DNA of 64,000 bases from a virus: the IMG/VR virus record IMGVR_UViG_3300024981_000245. One strand, given 5' to 3'. The translations under genes and the position numbers were made by a program. Position 1 is the first letter of the stretch. Every line of letters starts with the position of its first letter. Below, piece by piece: positions 53,437 through 61,219 of the stretch. The notes under the pieces are model-generated. The model was not told the DNA's origin and ran no database searches. It worked only from the letters and a program-made list of their open reading frames with translations.

Positions 53437-54176
53437 TGGGTATCGCTGAGGCATACGACCCCGATACCCGGTGGGGTCGCGCGTTCGGTGTGGTGGACCG
53501 GGAGAACTACTCCCCGCCGCTTTATCAGCATCGCGGGCAGGACATCCGCAAGCTCGAGCCTGGCGGCCGGTACTCCGTCGCCACAGACGTTCTCTCCCTG
53601 TCTGTCGGCGTGGTGTCGCATCAGTTCACGGCGAGAGCGACGGGCCGTGAGGTCGTGGTCGACACTGGACGTGGTCGTGGGCGCTACGAGATCCACTGTC
53701 ACAGCGCCTACTTTCCTGGCGTTGGTACGCGGCTCGACGCGGGCAGCACGGTCACCCGCAACGCGACCGCCGGGGAGAGCCCAGGGACCGGCTGGGACGC
53801 CCCACACGATCACTTCGTGATCTCCGACTACCCGGACGCCGCGCACACACCGTCACGGCCCGTCTATGATCCACGACCTTTCATCCTGTCGGCCCTCGCG
53901 GGCGCGGCCGGGGACACGGCAAGACCTTTCACTCCCGAGGAGGACGACATGTACGAGCAGTCAGATCGTGACCGCGACAACGCTATGGCCGCGAAGGTGG
54001 ATGAGATCCGAACGATTCTCTACAACGCGGGCCTCGGCGAAATCCGGGAGAACGCGGCGGCGGCCAAGGAAGGCCGTGACCGGATAACTGAGGTCCGCGA
54101 CATCCTCTACAACGCGGGCCTCGGTGAGATCCGGGAGAATGTTGCGGCGCTCGCCAAGAGAAGCACAGGCGCATGA
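53436..54176 (+). CDS. Endolysin, M23-family peptidase
   Basis: HRGQD and PHDHF zinc motifs; 29-aa tandem repeat at the C-terminus. Confidence 0.75.
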   Translation: MGIAEAYDPDTRWGRAFGVVDRENYSPPLYQHRGQDIRKLEPGGRYSVATDVLSLSVGVVSHQFTARATGREVVVDTGRGRGRYEIHCHSAYFPGVGTRLDAGSTVTRNATAGESPGTGWDAPHDHFVISDYPDAAHTPSRPVYDPRPFILSALAGAAGDTARPFTPEEDDMYEQSDRDRDNAMAAKVDEIRTILYNAGLGEIRENAAAAKEGRDRITEVRDILYNAGLGEIRENVAALAKRSTGA

Positions 54177-54631
54177 TTCGCCGCCTCTGGGCGGCATCCA
54201 TCTGGCATCCAGACGCAATCCCGCTCGATGAATGGAAGTACCGCAACCTCAAGCGCGTACTGCTGCCGATCGTCGACGTGTTCCTGATCTGGTGTGGCAT
54301 CTGGGCGGGTATCCAGGGGATCCCTGCAATCGACGTCTTCTTCGTTGACTGGGTGAGCGACTCCTTCTCGTACCTCTTCGCCGCCGCCGCCGTCCTTGCT
54401 CTCATCGGGGTGGCATTCCCCCGCCTGTGGTGGGTCGAAGCTGGCGCAAATATCGTCCTCAGCGGACTTCTCGCTTCATACCTCGGAGCGCTCATGCTGC
54501 TCACTCTTCCCTCCATCGGCTCTCGCGGCTTTGTATCTGGGCTCGCCGGCGTCGCTCTGGGTGTCGTCATCTGGCGCCTTTCCCTGCTCGGCGGCGAATG
54601 GGCGGAGCGGCGCAGTGAAGGAGATGAGTAA
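54173..54631 (+). CDS. Multi-TM membrane protein (holin-like)
   Basis: About 4 TM helices, follows the lysin. Confidence 0.65.
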   Translation: MIRRLWAASIWHPDAIPLDEWKYRNLKRVLLPIVDVFLIWCGIWAGIQGIPAIDVFFVDWVSDSFSYLFAAAAVLALIGVAFPRLWWVEAGANIVLSGLLASYLGALMLLTLPSIGSRGFVSGLAGVALGVVIWRLSLLGGEWAERRSEGDE

Positions 54632-54963
54632 TGGAGCCGTGGGGCTCAATCATCGTCGGCGGACTCGGCCTCACCGGAGTCATTACATCATCCGCCCTGC
54701 TCTTCTTGCGTGGCCGCGGTGATTCCAAGCAGAAGCTCAACGAGTACATCGACCAGCGCGTCGAGGCTCAGTTGAAGGGCGCGCTTACCGAGCTGGATGG
54801 CGCCAAGACCAAGCTCGGTGCTGCAGCTCGCGTACTGCTTGCGATCTCCCGCCAGACGCCCGCGGGATTCTACCCCCGCCTCAGCCCTGAAGACGTCGCA
54901 ATCCTCGAAGACACGCTCCCGCCGCAGTGGGTGGGAGAGCCGGGCTCTGTGAGCCCCGATTGA
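54631..54963 (+). CDS. Single-TM membrane protein of the lysis region
   Basis: N-terminal TM plus coiled coil. Confidence 0.6.
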   Translation: MEPWGSIIVGGLGLTGVITSSALLFLRGRGDSKQKLNEYIDQRVEAQLKGALTELDGAKTKLGAAARVLLAISRQTPAGFYPRLSPEDVAILEDTLPPQWVGEPGSVSPD

Positions 54964-55007
54964 GTGCCCCCGGGCCTCAACATCACGACCACTACTAAGG
55001 AGATCCG

Positions 55008-56285
55008 ATGCCGAACTCTCGCTCACCCCTTCGCGATGATCCCGCGTTCATCGAGGACTGTCTGAACCTTCGCAAATCCGTCGTGATGGAGAAGTGGGGA
55101 GTCTCCTCGGGCCTTGTCGTCAACGTGAAGCGAGACAATGGCGGCAAGCTCGATATGGCACGGACGAAGGGGGCGCTGCCGGAAGCCGGCGAGTCCGATC
55201 AGATCTCCGATGGGCCGGATGGACGTCGATTCGACTTTGTCCGAAACCGGCCTGTCACACTTGAGGATGCGCGCCGCCTCATCCGCTCGAGCGGCGACGA
55301 CCCCGACCTTTACCACATCTCGATCCGCACGATCGCCTATGGCGGCGACAAATCATCCAACAAGATTTCAGCCTGGCCTAAGCAGGGTCTTGCGCTAGCC
55401 GAGGCTGCGCCTCTCTCTCACCTCTATGCCGAAGCCGCGAAGATGCGGGAGCAGAGCCGCAAGACGGCCGCCCCGGTCGACCCCAGCCGCGCGACAATTG
55501 TCGCGGTCGCTGATCTCCAACTTGGCAAGGTTGGGCGCCGTGGCGGCACGCCGGAGACACTCGCTCGCATTGAGAGCAAGCTCGAGAAGCTGGCAATCGA
55601 CTTCGCTGAGCGCGCGCCCTCGCACATCCTGATCGCGGACCTTGGAGATGGGATCGAGGGTTTCGAGTCGGGCGGCAATCCCATGTTCACCAACGACCTG
55701 AGCTTGCCCGACCAGATCGATGCCTACTCGACCGAGATCTTCAAGTTTGTCCGCCTCGCGAGCGCCTTCGCACCTTCGATCTCCGTCGCCGTCGTCCCCT
55801 CCAACCACTCGGCGTGGAGGCGCGCCAAGCAGACGCTCGGTCGACCCAGCGACGACTTCGGCATCCTCGTGCACAAGCAGGTCAAAAAAGTCGCCGACGC
55901 AGCTGGGATCAACGCATCGTGGCACTCTCCGATCGACTTCGACGAATCCGTGCGCGTTGATGTGCTCGGTGTCCCGATTGGGCTCGTGCATGGCAATCAG
56001 TTCGGTCCCGGACAGGCGGTCTCTTGGTGGGAGAAGCAGGCTTTTGGTTCACAGGCCATCACTCACTGCGATGTTCTCCTGCATGGGCACTACCACTGCT
56101 TCTCGGCGAATACCGCAGGCACAAACCCAGCGACAGGACGCGAACGCATCGGGATCGGCGCGCCGACGCTGGATAACGGATCGGACTGGTTCCGCCAGGT
56201 TTCCGGACGCGACTCTGAGCCGGGACTTCTCATCTTCGATGTCACACCAGATGGCTTCGATCTCGGATCGCTGAAGATCCTGTGA
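55008..56285 (+). CDS. Calcineurin-like metallophosphoesterase
   Basis: ADLQLG, DLGDGIEG, SNH, VHG, HGHYH. Confidence 0.85.
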   Translation: MPNSRSPLRDDPAFIEDCLNLRKSVVMEKWGVSSGLVVNVKRDNGGKLDMARTKGALPEAGESDQISDGPDGRRFDFVRNRPVTLEDARRLIRSSGDDPDLYHISIRTIAYGGDKSSNKISAWPKQGLALAEAAPLSHLYAEAAKMREQSRKTAAPVDPSRATIVAVADLQLGKVGRRGGTPETLARIESKLEKLAIDFAERAPSHILIADLGDGIEGFESGGNPMFTNDLSLPDQIDAYSTEIFKFVRLASAFAPSISVAVVPSNHSAWRRAKQTLGRPSDDFGILVHKQVKKVADAAGINASWHSPIDFDESVRVDVLGVPIGLVHGNQFGPGQAVSWWEKQAFGSQAITHCDVLLHGHYHCFSANTAGTNPATGRERIGIGAPTLDNGSDWFRQVSGRDSEPGLLIFDVTPDGFDLGSLKIL

Positions 56286-56398
56286 AACTCACACTCGGCA
56301 TCGCCATCGGCGCCCTGATCGGTGCGTACCTGGCGCGCAGTCAGTATGTCGCGCTCGCATTCCGCCTACTGACCGAGCCCGTAGCCCCACGCATTTAG
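56282..56398 (+). CDS. 38-aa hydrophobic peptide
   Basis: Hand-translated MKLTLGIAIGALIGAYLA...; coupled. Confidence 0.45.
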   Translation: MKLTLGIAIGALIGAYLARSQYVALAFRLLTEPVAPRI

Positions 56399-56409
56399 CG
56401 GACTAAAAT
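56395..56409 (+). promoter_or_regulatory. Operator TTAGCGGACTAA fused to -10 TAAAAT (holin promoter)
   Basis: Seen directly. Confidence 0.8.
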
Positions 56410-56433
56410 GGGGTGGAGTCGAAAGGATTACCC

Positions 56434-56640
56434 ATGGAAGACGAGATCATCCCCGCGGGCTGGCGCAAACCGCTGTACCGCATCTACGCACTTCTCGGAC
56501 TCGCACTCGGTGCCACGCAGGTCGGGTTCGCGTCGGCGGATGCGGGACAGCCCATCTGGCTGACCGTCTCGCTCGCCGTCTTCGCGTTCGTCGGAACCGG
56601 CTTCGGTTTCGTGGCGCAGCGGAACACGCCGAGCGTCTAG
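56434..56640 (+). CDS. Holin (two TM)
   Basis: IPAGWRKPLYRIYALLG...; typical of actinophage holins. Confidence 0.75.
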   Translation: MEDEIIPAGWRKPLYRIYALLGLALGATQVGFASADAGQPIWLTVSLAVFAFVGTGFGFVAQRNTPSV

Positions 56641-56686
56641 CCCCGTCAGATCCAGGCGAAGGGATGGTGTAGAGCTATCTCGAAGT

Positions 56687-56729
56687 GAGCCCCGGTCGCT
56701 TATGTCTTCGGACTATAAGCCCGGGGCTC
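56687..56729. terminator. Long hairpin with cUUCGg loop at convergent gene ends
   Basis: GAGCCCCGG..GCTTAT-GTC-TTCG-GAC-T-ATAAGC-CCGGGGCTC. Confidence 0.75.
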
Positions 56730-56907
56730 ATGGGCTTTCCGCTGTGAAGCCGATCGGCCACGCGCGCTCATGGCTCGATGCCGACTCGACGACGGCTGAC
56801 TGCTCGGCATCCTCGGGAAGCTCATGCCGATGTTCCTGGCGCCACTGTTGCAGGCGCCGATGGCTCAGCGTCACGAAGAGCGCATTGCAACTACAGCGTT
56901 CGATCAC
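56728..56907 (-). CDS. Small hypothetical protein
   Basis: GTG start, coupled. Confidence 0.5.
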   Translation of the reverse strand: MIERCSCNALFVTLSHRRLQQWRQEHRHELPEDAEQSAVVESASSHERAWPIGFTAESP

Positions 56908-57341
56908 TGCTCCTCCTTCCTGTCCGGCCAGTACCTCTTGATCGTTGGAACATGGCGCCTGACCTTCATCAGCGCCAGCGCGTGCCTCGCGCTGTCTGTC
57001 GCGTGCGGCATCCCGCGAAACGACAGACCCGCGCGCTTCATGAAGACGTCGTCTGCGTGCACCTTCATTGTGTTTGGCTGGCCGATCCAGTGCGGCCAAA
57101 TCACAGACAGCGCGCCCTCGATCCGCAGGGGTGTCACGTCGGGCTTCACCGTGCGGCCGTCCAGGCGGAAAGTCTCCGCAACGACTTCCTCCGGGTGCAT
57201 ACCGGCAGACCAGGCGATGAAGCCGTCGAGGCCACCAGAGATCTGACCCTTGTGGATCAGGGTGAGCGGTGTGATGGCCGTGTACTCCCAGAGCGAGTAA
57301 CCGGTAGTGCCACCCGGATCGAGCGCGAGAAGGGTGGTCAT
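56904..57341 (-). CDS. ruvC: RuvC-like Holliday junction resolvase
   Basis: LLALDPGGTTG, VVAE, HATDSARHAL. Confidence 0.75.
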   Translation of the reverse strand: MTTLLALDPGGTTGYSLWEYTAITPLTLIHKGQISGGLDGFIAWSAGMHPEEVVAETFRLDGRTVKPDVTPLRIEGALSVIWPHWIGQPNTMKVHADDVFMKRAGLSFRGMPHATDSARHALALMKVRRHVPTIKRYWPDRKEEQ

Positions 57342-57979
57342 CCGATCCACTCCCCCCTCTGTTCCGCGACCTTCGCCGCTTTGGCCAACTTCTGTTTCTG
57401 ATCTGCGGGCAGCGGCGCAAAGTCCAGCAGCCATTCCTTGAGCCCGAGCGGGGGCGCGATGCCCTCCTCGATCTCGATTTGATTCGGCTCACGTCCCTTC
57501 GTGAACCCAACGCGGATCTCGCGGCCATCCAGCGGGTCGTAGGTTTCCGCGATCTGGAAGCCGTTCTTGTCATTCCAGGTTGCGAACATCGCCAGGCCGA
57601 TGCGCCCATTCGCATCTCTCTTCACGGCACCGATAGCCGTCACCTCAAGGAAGTAGTCCGGGTAACGGATGGCGCCTGCCTGGTATTGAACCTTGGCGCC
57701 CTCGTCTGATGAGGATGCGTAGCGAACCGGCGGCATATGTACAACGCGCTTCTGTGCGCGCACATCCCACTTGTTCGCAAGCAAACGCTTCACGACCTGC
57801 GCTGGCGTGCTCCGACCCGGGAGCTTCGCGAGCTGCTCGGCGCTCAACTCGTATGCAGGCTCAACGATCTCCGGCTGCTCGATGTCCGCCTCGGCTACCG
57901 GCTCCAGTGACGCACGCTGGGCCTGTTGGTAGTCGTGGAAATAGGTTCGCCAGTCGCGCCCATCCGGGTGCACACTCAT
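57338..57979 (-). CDS. Hypothetical protein
   Basis: Coupled ORF. Confidence 0.7.
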   Translation of the reverse strand: MSVHPDGRDWRTYFHDYQQAQRASLEPVAEADIEQPEIVEPAYELSAEQLAKLPGRSTPAQVVKRLLANKWDVRAQKRVVHMPPVRYASSSDEGAKVQYQAGAIRYPDYFLEVTAIGAVKRDANGRIGLAMFATWNDKNGFQIAETYDPLDGREIRVGFTKGREPNQIEIEEGIAPPLGLKEWLLDFAPLPADQKQKLAKAAKVAEQRGEWIG

Positions 57980-58326
57980 TGGAAACCAACCTTGGGCGTA
58001 TATTCCTCAACGCCTACGAATGTCACATCGCAGCCCAGCCATTGGCCCAGCAGGTCGGCTTCGCTGTGCGTCTTGCCGCCTGCCAGCCAGAACTCGAGAG
58101 CCTTACCCACGCGAGCGGGATCATCCGCACCATCCGGCCGCACGTAGACGTAGTCAGTGAGGTAGTCCGGGTGCTCGCCCATCGCCAGAACGGGCGCCGG
58201 CGAGCCCTGTACGGCGTCCTGCGGCACGACGATCTGATCCGTGGCCAACTGCGCCTTCGCCTCGCGCAGGACGGCCACGCGCTCTTCGGAGGCCGATGGG
58301 TAGACGGGTAGTGGTCGGTACGTCAT
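57976..58326 (-). CDS. Hypothetical protein
   Basis: ATG 58326, coupled. Confidence 0.65.
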   Translation of the reverse strand: MTYRPLPVYPSASEERVAVLREAKAQLATDQIVVPQDAVQGSPAPVLAMGEHPDYLTDYVYVRPDGADDPARVGKALEFWLAGGKTHSEADLLGQWLGCDVTFVGVEEYTPKVGFQ

Positions 58327-58706
58327 GCCGCCTCCTCCTTTGGCTTGCGAGCTGCCCATCTCTTTAGCGTCGTCTCGGGAACATTCGTGAGCCTCGAGGC
58401 AACCGTGGCGGTTGTTCCACCTTCGAGGATCCTGCGCGCAGCGTCCGGTGCCATCTCGCCGCGAGCCCTCGCCTGCGACAAGGCCATCAGATCGGGCAGC
58501 GTCTCTGGGTTGAGCCTGCCGCCGGTGCGGTCGGTCTTCTTCGAGTTCTCGGCCGCTTTCCACCACTGCACGCCGGTGATCGCCGAGATCTGCCTGGCGG
58601 ATAACACGCCCCACTCTGCCAGCGCGATAGCCGCATCGAGGCGGCCCTGCTCGTCCAAGTACTCTCGGCGCTCCCATGTATAGTGCGCCTGCTCGAGTGC
58701 GGTCAT
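58323..58706 (-). CDS. Helix-turn-helix protein
   Basis: LSARQISAITGV and ASRLTNVPETTLKRW. Confidence 0.65.
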   Translation of the reverse strand: MTALEQAHYTWERREYLDEQGRLDAAIALAEWGVLSARQISAITGVQWWKAAENSKKTDRTGGRLNPETLPDLMALSQARARGEMAPDAARRILEGGTTATVASRLTNVPETTLKRWAARKPKEEAA

Positions 58707-61219
58707 TGCCTTCCTCCCCTGATCAACGAAACAACTTGTTGGCCCTGCTGCGACCTGAGATCGAGCAACTCCGCCCTTCCCTGCGCGGTCAGCTCGTCGA
58801 GAATCTGCTTGACGTCTCTCGACCTACCGGCATACTCCGGGTTGCGGTGGATCTCCGTGAGCGGCATCCGTCCACCGTTCTTCTCGATGAGCCTGACGAG
58901 CCTGTTCGCCCGGCGGGCCATCGGCGACTCATCGGTGGCTTCAACGAGCGTCACGATGTTCGAGGCCCATTCCTCTGCCTGTTCCAGCGCGAGGAGATAG
59001 TCATCCATTTGGATGCACCTTCTGTTGTTGGTGATCGCGACAAGCGCAGCGCACTTCAGGATCGTCTCCTGGAGGCGGCCGAATGTCGGATCCAGGCGGT
59101 CCTCGTAAGGGCCGGATGCGGCGATGCGCTCGAGAGTCTCGAGAGTCTCGACGTGCCGATCAGCTACCTCATCGGTCATGTCGATCCAGGCGAACTTCTC
59201 GCCGGGCTCCACATCCAGCGTCGTGCGCAGGGTGGCATTGAATCGGGCCACCCACTGTTGATACCAGGCGGCCAAATCGACTGCGGAGGCGTCGGCGCCC
59301 TTGCGTTTGATGTTCGGGCGCTTCTGCTCACGTGTGAGCTGCTTGCGCTCACCGAATGCCCATACGAAGCGGTTGATGAAGCCCGTCTCCCAGTCCTTCG
59401 GATCGATCGCATCCGTGATCTGGTGCTGGATCCCCGAGAGGATCGCGTTCAACCTGGCCTGGGCGTGCTTGCCGGAGTTGTCCTTCGTCGCGCGCAGTGT
59501 GGCTTTCACGTCGCCGAGGTAGACGTCGGTGATGAACTGAGACATTCCGGCGAACGGGCCCTTGATATCCTTCCAGGCCAGGAGGATCGCATCCGCCTCG
59601 TCCGGGTGGAAGTAGGTGGGCAGGCCGTCGAGCGCGATGAGGGCGTCGGTGAGGCCAGCCTTCGTGGCGTCGCCACCGATGTCGGGGTTGTAGACCTCTT
59701 CCCAGAAGAGCTTGCTGATCTCAGTCACCGGCTTCGTCGCGCGGGACTTGCCGACCTTCGAGCCGCCGACAACGACACCGTAGAAGTTCAGGATGATGTC
59801 GGCACCGTCAACCATCGGGATGATCGCTCGGTGTGAGAAGCACAGGCTGAGGATCACCCAGCGGTTCAGGCGGTAGATCTGCTCCGAGATCACGTCACGG
59901 TTTGCCTTGCGCATGACATCCATGAACTCGTCGCCCCACCAGCTCAGATTGACGACACGCGCCGCCTCCGCATCGGTCAGCAGCTTGATGCTGCGCGTCG
60001 GGAGAAGGTCGGGAACGGCTTGGACGGGAGCAGCGGGCTCCACATCGGCGAGGTACGCGCCCTCTTCGAGCACGGGGCTTCCTGCCACCTCGAGAGCGAG
60101 CTTCCACACCGCGTCGAGCGCCTCGCCGTCCGACTGCGTTGAGCGGATCCCGTTCGCGTGCTTGGCCGCCGGCGAATGCCAGGCGAGCGTAGCCGCCTCA
60201 AGCGCAGTCAGCGAGGAATCGTAGGCGAGCGTCATGATGCGCCCGAGGCGGTCACGCAGCGCGGGCGCCGTAGTGACGGCAGGCAACGTCGTCCAGATGT
60301 CGATGAAGCCCGGCGTCGTCACACGGGTTGCGATCGAGACCTGATCCTGGGCGAGGATGTCGATGGGTTTGTCGGGGAAGTCTCCGAACTTGCGGATCGC
60401 TCCAGCCAGGCCCGCGTCCCAGTCGTCGCGGTAGACGGGGGTGTCGTACTCGCCGCGAAGCCACTCGCGCTTCAGGATCTCCAGAGCCTCAACCGCCCCC
60501 GTTTCGCCATTCGCCGCGAGCGCGACAATCGACGCCTGGAACGAGATCAACTCGCTGTGCCCGAAGTCGCTATCGCGCGGGATGGAGTTGACCACATCTG
60601 CCATCGACCACGACGGCGAGCCTTCCGGCGCGCGTTGTAACCATTCACCCACCGTGCCCGAATAGGGGCTTTCAGTGGGCTCGGCCGCCGGCGTCAGTAG
60701 CCATGCGGGCGGCTCGCCGAATGCATCGCGAGTTGCCGGAATCTCGTTGCCCCACCAGATGAAGTAGGAGGATCCACCCCGGCGGTCGACATCCTCGAGC
60801 TTGAGCCCATCGGGGGTTACGTGCCCCTTCGTTCCCGACAGGCGAACATCGCTAGGTGCCGCGTAGACATAGTGGTCACCGCCACGATTGGTCTGATAGT
60901 GCGCGGTTTCGGGCAGGTCGTCCAGACCGTTCTCAATGAGCGTGTTCCAGCCGTCGTGCCCATCGCCCATATCAATGTCTGCTGTCACCAAGCCAGAGCG
61001 GCCCGCATTGACGCCCACGAGCGCATCAGGCCAGCGCGACCACCACTGCTCGATCTGTCGCGCATCCGTTGTCGCTTCGAGGTGGCCTGAGCGCGTGTAC
61101 GGCGTCTTCATCTCGAAGATGCGACCATCGGCACGCTCGGGCTTTTCCCGGACAGGGAAGACAGCGACGCCGATAGCCGCAAGGGCCTTGGCTTTCATCT
61201 TCGGCGTCAAGCCTTTCAC
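58703..61219 (-). CDS. Bifunctional primase-polymerase fused to an ATPase/helicase domain
   Basis: IEQWWSRWPDALVG...DID, T..GG.HYVY, DRRG..SY; Walker A GGSKVGKS. Confidence 0.88.
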   Translation of the reverse strand: MKGLTPKMKAKALAAIGVAVFPVREKPERADGRIFEMKTPYTRSGHLEATTDARQIEQWWSRWPDALVGVNAGRSGLVTADIDMGDGHDGWNTLIENGLDDLPETAHYQTNRGGDHYVYAAPSDVRLSGTKGHVTPDGLKLEDVDRRGGSSYFIWWGNEIPATRDAFGEPPAWLLTPAAEPTESPYSGTVGEWLQRAPEGSPSWSMADVVNSIPRDSDFGHSELISFQASIVALAANGETGAVEALEILKREWLRGEYDTPVYRDDWDAGLAGAIRKFGDFPDKPIDILAQDQVSIATRVTTPGFIDIWTTLPAVTTAPALRDRLGRIMTLAYDSSLTALEAATLAWHSPAAKHANGIRSTQSDGEALDAVWKLALEVAGSPVLEEGAYLADVEPAAPVQAVPDLLPTRSIKLLTDAEAARVVNLSWWGDEFMDVMRKANRDVISEQIYRLNRWVILSLCFSHRAIIPMVDGADIILNFYGVVVGGSKVGKSRATKPVTEISKLFWEEVYNPDIGGDATKAGLTDALIALDGLPTYFHPDEADAILLAWKDIKGPFAGMSQFITDVYLGDVKATLRATKDNSGKHAQARLNAILSGIQHQITDAIDPKDWETGFINRFVWAFGERKQLTREQKRPNIKRKGADASAVDLAAWYQQWVARFNATLRTTLDVEPGEKFAWIDMTDEVADRHVETLETLERIAASGPYEDRLDPTFGRLQETILKCAALVAITNNRRCIQMDDYLLALEQAEEWASNIVTLVEATDESPMARRANRLVRLIEKNGGRMPLTEIHRNPEYAGRSRDVKQILDELTAQGRAELLDLRSQQGQQVVSLIRGGRQ

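Noticed and set aside
54018-54150. Lysin repeat as a DGR template/variable repeat pair
   Set aside because: No reverse transcriptase in the genome; differences are not adenine-specific, and both copies are in frame in one gene
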